A DNA stretch of 61,555 nucleotides, filler included, from Sluysia triapertura (taxonomy: Eukaryota): assembly GCA_046118255.1 (NCBI GenBank). It is 5 parts of 5 records of this genome, joined end to end, with 100 filler letters (N's around TTAATTAATTAA, not from the genome) between each part and the next. Parts side by side here need not be neighbours in the genome. Positions count along the whole stretch, not along the records: positions 24,024 to 34,982 come from JBJNIA010190830.1; positions 35,083 to 47,648 come from JBJNIA010098327.1; 3 more parts are not named here. The stretch is one strand, 5' to 3'. The translations under genes were made by a program, and so were the position numbers. Position 1 is the stretch's first letter, and each line of letters opens with the position of its first letter. Shown piece by piece: positions 25,994 to 38,240 of the stretch. Under the pieces are notes generated by a model, which was given only the letters and a program-made list of their open reading frames with translations, was not told where the DNA came from and made no database searches.

Positions 25994-28202
25994 CACTGTT
26001 TTTGTTTAATAAAGTTAAAAGTAAATTAATTCTCAAAATATAATAAATATTATCATAGTTTATTTTATAAGATTTACTACAATCTTAGTTAAACATTTGC
26101 TACTAAAATTTCTTTATTTATGTATTTACAGAAGAAATAAAATTTTGTTTGACTTTGAATTATTATAAAGTGAATAATCTCAAAAACATCGGCATGAGAT
26201 TTATTCTTGAAATATCTAAATTAATTAAATTAAAATATTAGTGTTACTTAATTAACCAATCATGAGTATAGTTAGATTTCAAAGTTAAAGATAGAACAAA
26301 TAGCAAAGTTCAAAAACAATAACAAATTTAATAATTTTACTTTATTATATTTCCTTCTAATAAAATTTATGATTGATTAATTTTACGTAATTAATGAGTT
26401 TATTCTATTGTTATATTGAGCAATTATTTATACAAGAATTAGTGATACTATCTTATCTTTGTTATATAATAAATTAATGAAATGTTTACTATATATTTTA
26501 ATTTATCATATTTATCAATACATATTTAGTTTTATTTAAAATAAATCATTCTATTTAAAATAGTTCATTAATTTTATTAAGTTCAATAATTTGTCATTAA
26601 TGTTATCTAAGTTACTTCGACTATTAATTCAAATGTTTATCTATATAAATCAAAGCAACATTTAATCCTGAAGACTTTCTTCTTTTCGTACTTTATGGTC
26701 AATTAATACGTTTAATTTTACGCTCTAGAAGTCTCACATTTGTTGTTTAAATTGCACATTACACAATTTATATATCAAAGAACATATTTAAACCATTATA
26801 TTAAACGATTAAATGATGTATATGCTTTTTTAAATTAATAATGAAACAAAATCATTAATATAATTATTAAAATATTATTTTAATATTAAATTAATTACAG
26901 AAATTGAACAAATGTTGCAGTATATATATATTCTATTAAACAGTAGTACAATTTTAATAGTTAATGAAATTAATAAATTAATTAATAATGTAATTAAAAA
27001 AATTATTCTTTGCTTTAATCAATTCGATCTTTAAATATTAGAATAAAAACGTATCATTTGACAACTACTTCTAAGAACAAAATGATGCAATTTAACACTT
27101 GAAAGCTTAGTTTTATTTGAAATTATTTTTCTGTGATCCTGTTTTGTATAATAATTATTCTTATTTATACATTGGTGAGAAAATGTGAGAATAATATTGT
27201 AAGTCACATTGTAAATTCGTAATCAATTAATAAAAATAAGCAAAAATATTTATAATATCAACAATAGTTGTAGTTTTATTATTATTATTATTCTTGCTAT
27301 TACTATTATTGTTATAATTTTCAATTATTTTATCATGATATTGAACATGATACTGCATAATATTAACAATGTATTATCACATTATTACAAAAATTGTAAT
27401 GTTTGATGATTATGGAAAGACAACAAAAGACAATAAAAAGTAAACAAGTGATGTTGTTATCGTTGTACATTCTTATTAAATATCAAATTTTATATCAAAC
27501 TCTTTATATAAATTGGACAATTATTTAGTTTTTATTTATCAAACCATTCTTAAACGCTTTTATTTTTGGATGTATCAATTTACATAAAGTTGTATGTGGC
27601 ATTTTGGTAAATGTTTATAAAACGACTACTTATATTTTCATGACAAAAACAAGTACACTAAGAAAAGTCTTCAAGCAACAGCACATTAGTACCATAAAAG
27701 TTCAATTAAAACACATATAAAATCCTATATGGCACGTATATCCAGTAGATACATTTTTGTAAAAAATGTGCAGATATAATATAATTATTATTATTATAAA
27801 TTTAAAATAAATTTTAAGCAAATACAACTACATTGTCTTATCAATCTCAGTGTCTTCGAAAAAGGAGGTTAAAAGTTCTGAATTCAAGAAATAAATAAAA
27901 GAAAAAACCTGAATGTAAGAACTACGGAATGGAACTAGTCATAGAAACCAGTTATCTTTCGTAATTAAGAATGTCATTGATGTTGTAGAATTGAATGATT
28001 TGAATTATTTAAAAATTTGAATTTTATTATGTTATTAAAAGAATGTAATTTTAAAAATTGTAAAAGCATAACATTTTTGATAGTTTAATTTAAATTTAAA
28101 AGAATTTTAGTAATATTTTAGAATACAAAATTATTAACAAAAGTTTTATTAAGATTAATCACAAAATTAAAATGTAATATTAAAGGTTTTATTTTGTTTG
28201 TG

Positions 28203-29356
28203 TCATTTCGAGCCTGTTTTGAATTCACTTGGTAGGAGTTTCTAAAAAGATAAAAATAATGTGAATAGGTTGTTATGTTACAAATAAAATTAATGGTCGA
28301 GTTAAATTCAATAATTACTTCTAAATAATGATGACTGTTGAGTGGATTTGTGTTCAATAATGATATTAATTGCTTTATTCTATTGTTGTGGTCGGTTGAG
28401 TTCGAAATCCAAGAGGTGTCATCAGAGAATTCGGCTATGTCGTGCACGTAGTGACAGTTGTTGCCATATCTTACACATTTTTCGTCTCGGGTTGTTGGAA
28501 AAAAACACATGCCGGACTTCATGAGTCGGGATTTATGTGTAAGTCCCATAGGATTAGTGAAGTCATATTGGCGTGCAGTCGTAAAGTATTCTCACTTATA
28601 GGATATTCTTGATATTCACAACTATATTTTTTTGAAAAAATTATAGACATAAATTCATTTCGAAATTTTTCTTAAATATACTACATTCGTATTTATCATT
28701 AAAAACTATTTATTTCTATTAAATTACGTTCGACACTAATATTTTCTACAAAAAGAATATAAACATGTAAATTTATTTCAAATTATCGCTTAAATACATT
28801 ACATTTATATTCAATTTTTTTTAACACATCTACTTCACATTGTCCCAAGATTCTTCTAATAAAATTAAAATATTGTAGAATTCTTAAGTAATTTTTTTGA
28901 ACTTCATCAGCACTGATTCGAATAAAGCGGATATTGATATTTTCTAAATCTTTTAAACCGCCAAAGCAATAATGTATAAAATCGTCTTGGTCTGAAATTA
29001 AAAAATTAATAATTACATGTAATTTATTTTCCAATCTTCTGTATAAAAAACTTGTATTTCATCTATATCGGTTATAGCATCACATCGTAGAATAGTTACT
29101 TTATCCTTAAATATCAAATGACTATATTTATGTTTACCATTAATTGGAACATCTGAGTTCTGCTATTATGCGTAGAAGCATAATTAATCTCTTTTAAAAT
29201 TAATTTAGTCAATAACTCTAATCGATCCACAGCTTCAATTTCCTCTTGTTTATAATGTTCTTTAGCATTTACTTTATCCGAATTTGTTTCATCATCATTA
29301 GGATTTAAAAGATCCAATATTCTATTAAATACATCAGTATCATGATCAGAGAGCAT
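28203..29356 (-). pseudogene. CCCH zinc-finger family gene, copy A, chimeric with a CCA-adding-enzyme fragment
   Basis: CFFPTTRDEKCVRYGNNCHYVH (C-x9-C-x6-C-x3-H) followed by STDHNNRIKQLIS. Intron 28242-28318 sits at the same position as in copy C. Upstream frames do not splice into one intact ORF. Confidence 0.7.
28849..29104 (-). pseudogene. TRNT1: Fragment of a class II CCA-adding enzyme (TRNT1-like)
   Basis: KVTILRCDAITDIDEIQVFYTEDWK resembles [25 protein letters not shown]. After a 25-nt GT-AG intron (28992-29016), DDFIHYCFGGLKDLENINIRFI...QKNYLRILQYFNFIRRI resembles DG.L.DYF.G..DL....VRFVG...QEDYLRILRYFRFYGRI. The RRDxTIN and catalytic DxD segments are absent. Confidence 0.75.
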
Positions 29357-29598
29357 ATTTCAGAAGATAATATCACTGAGATGAGTGTTGTAAAAGACAC
29401 CAATATGATTGTTATAATTATCGTAACGTTAATGTCAATATTACTCTTATTTTTTAATCTAAAAATCATAAATTGAAGTTTAATTTAAACATCAAAAATT
29501 GAATTTTTTCGTGTGCAAAAATATAATAACAAATAATTTTTCTTATATTGCACAGTCACCAAATTGTCCTCATTGGTTCATTAACATTGAAAAACAAG

Positions 29599-29659
29599 CC
29601 ACTATCAATGATGACAAGAATTTATACATAGAAACCAATAGTGTCACCAGTGATAGTGG
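29599..29659 (-). other. Conserved hairpin, copy A (18-bp arms, 25-nt spacer)
   Basis: CCACTATCAATGATGACA...TGTCACCAGTGATAGTGG, about 240 bp upstream of the copy A start codon. Confidence 0.8.
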
Positions 29660-29699
29660 TAATCACTGGTTAATAAAGTTAACAAATTACTAAAATGGT

Positions 29700-30370
29700 T
29701 ACCAAAAATAAAATAACAATGTCATTATTATTATTGAAAATTTAATCCACATAAACCTCTTGAAAATTAACACGAACTTTCTTTTTAATTCTTTATTTCT
29801 TAACATATTTAAATCTTTTGAACTTAGTGTGTTTAAATGTCTAAAATGTTAAATGTTAGGATATTGTGAATTTGTGATGTTACCAATTAATGTCACGCAT
29901 TTACAATGAAGTTTTACGGTTTAGTTGTAATTCTAATGTTATAAGATAATGTGTAAAATGTTTTAAATGAATTTTAAAATGCTATTTAATGGTTTCAACT
30001 GAAGATACAGTTACTTATGACTTAAGTGTTTTGAGATAATATATAAATGTTTTATATATGAATATACATTGATGTTTTGAATGATGTTTTTGATAGAAGA
30101 TTGTGATTTGAAAATATATTGAAAAGAGTGGTTTAGTGGATGTAAAGAATATTAATTACAGTCCAGATTTTGGTGTACTGTAAAAAGGTAATTGTGCGAT
30201 GTTATAAAATATGATTTTGATTATGTTGGTATTGAACTATGTATAAAAATGCTTTTAACGAGTTTTTAAAATGTAGATTGTAGATTTTGAAAATGAATAT
30301 GGTTTTGTTGTGTTCCGATGAAAAATTTTAATAAAATTTGTTAAAAGTTATAGGTTGGTCACCACAATTA
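29700..30370 (-). repeat. Dispersed C/A-rich repeat body, copy 2, adjoining hairpin A
   Basis: Ends AAAATTTGTTAA..AGGTTGGTCACCACAATT; homologous to 8360-9135, 33075-33410 and 37230-38240. Confidence 0.7.
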
Positions 30371-31610
30371 ACAATACTGATTTTATTCTAAAGATAAATA
30401 AGGATAAGACCTTACCCTAATTATGGTGTATTATTAGACCATGGTGTATTATTAGACAATAACAGGAAAATATGTTATTGATTATCATAAATCCCGTAGA
30501 AAATTTGTGGAAGATTGCCAAAAGGAGAGTTTCTATCCATAAACCAACCACCGCTGATAAAAGTCTGGCATCATGATGACGAGATCAGGCTCATCCGTGG
30601 CATACCTATAAAGATCAGGAAATTATTGGATAACAAAGCCTGATGCAACAGTTTAGTAGTAAATTGTGTTATCATTCTACATGAATAAAATTTCTATATG
30701 TTTTGGATCTCAGTATTTTTATCTATTATTTTACTTTCACCAGAATTTTTTGGAGAACATAGTTATTTTACATTTTACATTTTCCGTGACAACTGTCAGT
30801 AAATGGCATATATTTATAAACTTTTGATTAATAGTTTCATAGAGTTCTTGAAAATTGTTGAATTTTATCACAAAAATGGACTTTGTGCTCGCTGTAATTT
30901 AAGGACCGGGGAACATTTTCTTAATATCTAATGGTCACGAAATTTACACCTGATATTTAACAACATATTTACAAGTTTTATCAACTTTGTATCTTTTTAC
31001 ATTTATACATGTTAGATTATTCAGAATATTCAGATTACATTTATATTTACTATAGAACCTAATTGCAGTAATATCTCGAATACTCACACTCGGCACTGAT
31101 TAGAATTTCCAAAAATCTAAGACTTTTACAACCTTAAGGATCATCATTGAGGAAGTTTCAATCTGCGTACAAATAGACTAGATTTTATTTCGTTTCAAAT
31201 CTTCTCTTAATTCGTCATAAATGTCCAATCCACATAAACCAATGGAATTTTTGAACTTCAGTTATACAATTAATACTTAAAACTTATCAAATGATGTTTA
31301 AAATATTTACAGTCGCGCAGTTTTGAATCCCATAATGTCGACACAATTTAGATATTTTTATTTCTAATTTATTTCTAAAATTTGTTTTATCTTAATCTGG
31401 ATTCCACCCTTACTGTAGTCAATTAACAAAAGAAAACCAAAGTATAATTTAAATAATAATAAATTATAAATAATTATCTCGTCCGCCGAAATGTTTGAGA
31501 TGAATAAACATAATAGACAAACATGATACATAAACAGTGTTAATTAAAATATAATTTGTGTCAGTACATAATCCATTTAACTATAATCATAATAATAACG
31601 ATAATAATGC

Positions 31611-31657
<47 letters not shown>

Positions 31658-33074
31658 CATTTTAATCAAAGGATCGATTTATTTATTTTTCTGTTGAATC
31701 CACAAATTTCAAAATATTATAAAATAATGAATTTGTAATTTTAGAACAAATTAATTTCATCAAAATAAATATATAAAAATTAATATTTGTAACTCATTCT
31801 AACATATAAATTTATAAATCTCTTATGCATTAAAGTAATGAAAATAATTAATTCAGTTATTTTTCTAATAATATTTTCTAATTAAAAATTATGCTACTTA
31901 AAATTATTATTTTTAATTAATAAAATGAATCCAATATTGCCTATTTGTTTTAATTGTTTTCTGCTTAAAATAAATTTCATTGTTACTTTTCAAGGCGGCT
32001 TTATTTATCATCCCTTTGCGGTCCTCTGTCGGGTCAGCCTTGACGCTAATTTAACATAAATCTAATTAAATTAATAAATAAATAATTTAAATTCGATTTG
32101 AGTATGCCTTTTTTGAGTCAGGTGTTTAATTGTGAAAATTTTGTGCTTTCGCTGGAATTAAATAGGATCTGTAGAGGATTCAATGGAAATAAAATAGGAC
32201 AAGTTATTGTACTACAATCATTAGAAATGATTAATGTTAAAATTATTATAAAAATTATTAATTATTTTTAAAATTATTAGTATTAATGTAATTAATGTTA
32301 AAATGCATACAGAGAAGTACCTATTCACCATAAATATCTCAGGCAATAATTTAATTTTTAGTCACATCCTTAGTATTTTATTCTTATCACTTTTAATGCG
32401 ACTCAACCTTTTTTTAAATATATTAGGGAAAGATCTCCCGGATTTATTTTAAAGCAGGTTTTAGTTAGGCTTTAAAAGATACCCTCGATGATTTAAAAAA
32501 ATAAAAAGATCGGTTGCAGTTTAATATTTTTCTTTTATTATTGTTATTATTTAAAATATGTAAAAATTGTTTATAACATTTTAGTTTTCATTAAAAATCA
32601 GCAAATTAAACAATAAAACTCAGTAAGGCTTGGAGTTTTTGATAATATCTAATACTGATATCAGAACGGGTGTCCCGGTATTGAATTTTTGGTCCGGTAT
32701 TGGAAACCCTAATTGTAACCGTGTGAAGTTAATGTATCGTTATAATCTAAACGACTGTCACTGTTGACAGTATAAGTTAATTAGGTAAGGTATCAATGAG
32801 CCGGCAGCAACGGGGAAGACAATAATTGGTTATGATAATAAATTTGATAAAGTTAAAATTAATAATAATAATAATGAGAAAAAATAATAATAATTAATAT
32901 AGAAATAAGATATAGAAAGTAATAAAATAGTAATAATATAATAATGTACATGGAAATACATAAATCTTATTCTTTTAAATTTTTTCATGATCTTTTCTTT
33001 CATTTGTCCATTTTTTTTACATATAACTGAATAAATTTAACTTGGCTAAGATTTTATTGGTCTAAAATATTAAA

Positions 33075-33410
33075 AATGAATAAGAAGTGTGAGTTTTTAA
33101 TGTTTTTCAAAGGTGTTGAAGGATTATGAACTTAAAAAGTTTTGAATTAGTTTTAAATGTATATTTGATAGTTTAAGATGTAAATTGTAGTTCTAATGTT
33201 ATGAAATTATGAGTTAAAAATGTTTTCAATGAAATTTAAATGTGCATTAATAATTTTGAATTTAAGTACAATTTTGATATTGTAAGATTGTGAATTTAGA
33301 ATGTTTTGAAATGTGAAAAGGTTTTAATAAATCTGAGGAAGTAAAATGTAACGTGATATTACTAATGAGATAATTATTTTGAATTTTAAGCTAAAGGTTG
33401 GCCACCACAG
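33075..33410 (-). repeat. Dispersed C/A-rich repeat body, internally deleted copy
   Basis: Ends AAAGGTTGGCCACCACAG. TTTGAATTAGTTTTAAAT is shared with ~37574, and TTGTAGTTCTAATGTTAT nearly matches ~29926. Confidence 0.65.
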
Positions 33411-34982
33411 TAAGAAGAATTTGAGAACGGAAAAAATATATTTTCGTTAATATTTATTTTAAATAAACGATTTCAAATGTCATCTGGTTTTCCTAACTCA
33501 ATAACATATGAAACATTAAGTCGAAGAACAGTACGGTGTTCAAGTTGTTATTGTGTTACAAACAATGTTATGGATTGCAGAAGGAACGAATCCAGACATA
33601 GCAAACTCCACACAACATCATTTTCAGATAGTTTCCATTGGTATACTTCTTTATCATCTTCAACTACTTCTTCAGAATTAAAACTATTTTAAACTTTATA
33701 TTTATCATTTGCAGTCATTTAAATGAGAATTATTTAATTCGATTCAACACAAATAAAAGAGGTAACAGATGAAGACAAATAAGACGAATAATAGAAATAA
33801 TGAGAAATAGTTTCACAAATCAATAACTATTAATACGTGAACGATTAATATTAATTCTTTTAGTCATGACCATATTTATCGAAGACTCTCGTTAAACAGT
33901 ATTGTACCATTAAAATGTTGTGTGAATTATTATTATAAATGTTAGGTTGTTTTATACTAGTTCTGTAAATGACCTTGACATTAATAATTTACTTTAAAAT
34001 ATTAAAACAATAAATATTTTCTTTAAAATATTAAATTAAATTAAATAAACTATTTACATTTAATTCTTAATCCCAATTTAATAATAAACAAATAATCAAT
34101 AATAGCATAGTATGAAAATTCACAATAAAATAATAGCACACATAAAAATCAATAAAATGTTTAATAACAATATTATCAACGTCTATTTTTATATATTTGC
34201 ATACAAAACAAAGTCTATTTACTGCAATACAATTCATTATAATACCATATTTCAATTTTTCAATGATGTTTATTTTATTTTGTTATCATGAGTCATCATT
34301 CTTATATTTCCCCTTATCCTTCACTAATCCCAACAATAAATTGAAATCGAAAATGATATGTTTTTATATAATACTATAACTGCAAGTATTGAAGTTAACC
34401 ACCACATATCCGATAAGCATTATTTGCTTTTAATACTTCCAAACTTTATTAGTCATTATTTCACTAAATAAGACATTTTAAATTACTCTGTTGACGTTTT
34501 TATATCTCATATTTAAATAAATCAAAAAATACATTTAAGGAATTTTATTGCTTTTTTAAAATTTAGTATATCGTTTTAACTTTACTCGATTTCCATAATT
34601 AATTAAGTGATTGAATTTTTGTAATCAGTGAATGAAAAATTATTTAGTTTTTCTGACACTTAACCTACGGCAGGGTGGGTTTGCAGTAAACGTCTTATAT
34701 CGTGAAGAGGGCCTTCCTGTATCTATATAATCTAATATTTTATCTGAATATAAATGTTTTGCAGTGAGGGTCTTTTTAGGGAACTCGTCATTCGGTATCC
34801 ATCATAATTCATCACACAATATACATCATAACTCATCTCACAAAGTTCAACACAAACCATCATTTAAAAACGATACTGATATACACAAACTACTAGATGA
34901 ACTACTAAACTCATTCAAAAATAAACACGATCATCTCATCTAACTATCATGAACTATCATTATTATTATTACGATTAATATC

Positions 34983-35082
34983 NNNNNNNNNNNNNNNNNN
35001 NNNNNNNNNNNNNNNNNNNNNNNNNNTTAATTAATTAANNNNNNNNNNNNNNNNNNNNNNNNNNNNNNNNNNNNNNNNNNNN
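34983..35082. other. Artificial contig-join linker
   Basis: N44-TTAATTAATTAA-N44. Confidence 0.95.
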
Positions 35083-36029
35083 ACAAATAACTAATTTTCA
35101 TTTTATCAAGTCTAATTTCAAACATTTTCATAAAATTAATTAAATAAAATTTCCATCTTTTTTTAATTTTCTGAATTATTTATGAATTATTTATTAAATT
35201 GTATTTTGTTTGTGTTAATATATAACCCGATTGTTTATCATAAAAAAGAAATATGCATTATTACAGTGTGTTTGTATATTAATAATGTATATTTAAAAAA
35301 TTAATAAATATTTTTGACTAATAATGGTTTGAATTAAATTAAATAATTTCAATAAATGTATTTTGAAGAAAAATTAGTTATGAAAAATAAATATTAAAAT
35401 ATATTTGTAAATACAATGTAAAATAATTGTGTAATAAAATTTAATTATTTCGAATTAGTTATACAAATTTTCAACTATTTTATTATTTTCAATATTATTC
35501 TATATATTTTACATTTCACTTTATATTATAACTTTGCGAGATTTGTAATTTTTTAATCTTTTATTATTTAATTATACGATTTTCATATTCTTAAAAAAAT
35601 ATTTAAATATATTCTTCAGTATTGTAAAAATATTTCCCAAATTAAAGCATTCTGTGGTTTTTAGTGTTGAAATGGATATTTAAAAGGTCTATTATTGTTG
35701 TGGTTTTAGATATTTTGTTATTAAATTTGGTTTAACATTATAACGAAACATGTTGTTACTAACTTTTATCATATTTAACATTTAACATTTAACATTTCTA
35801 TTTTAATATTAAAATTAGCCAAAATCAAATTAAAATTTATAATCGACACTTTATGATTACTAAAAGAAAATTTAGAATACAAAATTTTATTGAAGACATA
35901 ATTTTTGTTCGTCTTTTGTGCTTCTCATCTTTCACGTTTCGCTATCTAGAACAAGAATGAAAATTAAAGAAAATTTACATTTCCATTACTGAAATAAACA
36001 TTGTTATTGTATTTTCCTGAAATTTGAAT

Positions 36030-36927
36030 TCAAATGTAATTCAACAACTTTTCAATTCTCAATAAATGGTCAGTATAAGTACTCTGAAGATTACCATTCG
36101 CAATTTGACTAATCGTGTGTGCAAATGGGCATTCGATTCGATATTTAGTGCAAATGGACAAAATTTCGTTCTACTAATTTGTCTTTGGATTGATTCATTT
36201 CTGAATTGTTTTTAAAACATAAGATTGACAAAAATTGTTAAATGATCTGTTACCTTACTGGTTGTATGATGAAATCTAAGAAATTTAGAAGAAACCGCGT
36301 TATAACACACGGGGAACATCATAGCATCTTCGTTAATTATTTATTTGAGTTGAATATTTATTTGTAACATATTCATTTGAAGAGGTCTGTCTATGATGCA
36401 AATTTAATTCAGAATTGAAATTGCTTCTATATTGTTCTTATGTAAAACTGGAATCATATCTACGAAGTTAATCTGTTTAGATCGGTAAAATATTCTACAT
36501 AGTTTATAGTATATCCAAAAATCTGTACTGCTTTTATTTTACGATTTGCTTTAATATGTTTTAATAATTCAGTATGACAGACCGAATATTTAGTTATAAA
36601 TAAATCATCTACATTTATTATGCTTTTATGATTTACTTTCATACATTTGTCGTACGCCATGCAACACTTTATCTTATTAATTTTTACGCTATCAAAATCA
36701 TCATAGTAATCATTTTTGCAATTTTCTTTTAAAAATATAAAATCATTGTCATAATGCAAAATGTCGTCAGTACATTCTTCGTCACCGTCTTCAATGTTTG
36801 ATCCACTAACAGGTATCAGAACATGTAAAAGAACATGTACAACCGATAACATTTGTGTTATTTGCAATGTTTGGATCATACGACATTTGCTTACACAACA
36901 AGATTTTGGTAGATGCATTTGAGACAT
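36030..36927 (-). pseudogene. CCCH zinc-finger family gene, copy B
   Basis: 155-aa Cys-rich ORF 36460-36927, then GT-AG intron 36201-36253, then RTKFCPF /frameshift/ CTKYRIECPFAHTISQ...YTDHLLRIEKLLNY. This carries the same C-x6-C-x3-H and TDHxxRIxxL motifs as copies A and C. Confidence 0.7.
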
Positions 36928-37171
36928 TATCGTTCAATAACTAAATTTTTATTTTATTTTTTCATCTGAGTTCTTTAAAACCTTTTAGTATTACTTTTTG
37001 AAAAGATTATTATGTTATGGCATAAAATTTTTGATAATTATTTTTTAAACTATGCAACTCCTCACTTTGTCTGGATTGGCTGTCCAACTAGAGATATAAA
37101 AATAATAAGCAGAATCACTCTGGTTGGACAACTAGTAATAATAGCCAAAAATAATTTGATTGACTATTAAA

Positions 37172-37225
37172 GTCACTATCAATGTTGATGAAAATTTGAC
37201 CAAAAATGTCAACATTGATAGTGGC
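37172..37225 (-). other. Conserved hairpin, copy B (perfect 15-bp arms)
   Basis: CACTATCAATGTTGA (37174-37188) and TCAACATTGATAGTG (37209-37223), about 245 bp upstream of the copy B start codon. Confidence 0.85.
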
Positions 37226-37229
37226 AATT

Positions 37230-38240
37230 ATTGGTTTAGTGAGAAAATAAAATTTTAAAATTAAAAATGATGAAATTAAAATGATAATAATAATAATAAC
37301 ATTAATGTTATTATTATTATTTTTAATATAAATCACATAAATTCTTAAAAATTTAACATGGACTTTCTATTGCATCTTCAATTTCTTCACATTTAAAATT
37401 TGAAAATAATAAGAAATAACAATGATAATAATAATAACAACACAGTGTTATTATTACTATTATTGTTAAAGCTGAATAAATTCTTATTATAATTACAAGA
37501 TCTGTCTTTATTTCTTTAATTTCTGAACATTTATAAATTTATGTAGAACTAGACATCTTTAAATGAAAATTAGTTTGAATTAGTTTTAAATTTCCGTTTG
37601 ATTTTTTAAGGTGTGATTGTGGTTATAATGTGTATGATAAAGTGTAGGAAGTTTATGATGAATTTTTAGATGCTAATTAGTGTTTTTAACTAAAGATGAG
37701 CTTGAGTATTGAAAGGTTATGATTTAAATATTTTGAAATAATTTATATGTTTTATGAAGATATTAAAATTCATTGATGTTCTGATTGAAATAATGTTTTT
37801 AGCTAAATATGTTAATAGATCGTTACAAATACGTTAAAAAGGTGTAGTTTCGTGGAAGAAAAGAAGATAAGTTATAGTTTAGTTTTTGGTATGTTCAAAA
37901 AGTGATTGTACAATGTTGAAAATGTGTTTTATTTTCTTGCTATTTTTAAGTGATCTTGTCTATTTGCGATATTAGGGATTAAATGATAACAGATCATGAA
38001 TTTAGAATGTTTGAATTGATTTGAAGATATCTGTTAGTTAATTTCGAATGTGGTTGAAATTGAATTGTTAAGAAATGAAGAATAAAATATTTTGGATGAA
38101 ATTTTTAATGTAAATTGATGGTTTTGAATGTCATTATGGTTTGTATGTTATGAGATAGTAGATTTTAAAATGTGTATTGTATATTTAAAGGTGTATGTGG
38201 TTTTAATGTTTAAATGAAAATTTTAATAAAATTTGTTAAT
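37230..38240 (-). repeat. Dispersed C/A-rich repeat body, copy 4, adjoining hairpin B
   Basis: Shares AAATCACATAAA..CTT.AAAATTTAACA.G.ACTTTCT and GAAAATTTTAATAAAATTTGTTAA with 29700-30370. Confidence 0.7.

Noticed and set aside
28342-28524. Cys-rich plus-strand ORF (also 45436-45711 and 54897-55106)
   Set aside because: Antisense shadows of the CCCH and transposase coding strands.
30400-31420. Possible DNA transposon (duplicated ATGGTGTATTATTAGAC; CCCTTACTGTA end)
   Set aside because: No convincing TIR pair or transposase motif could be read.
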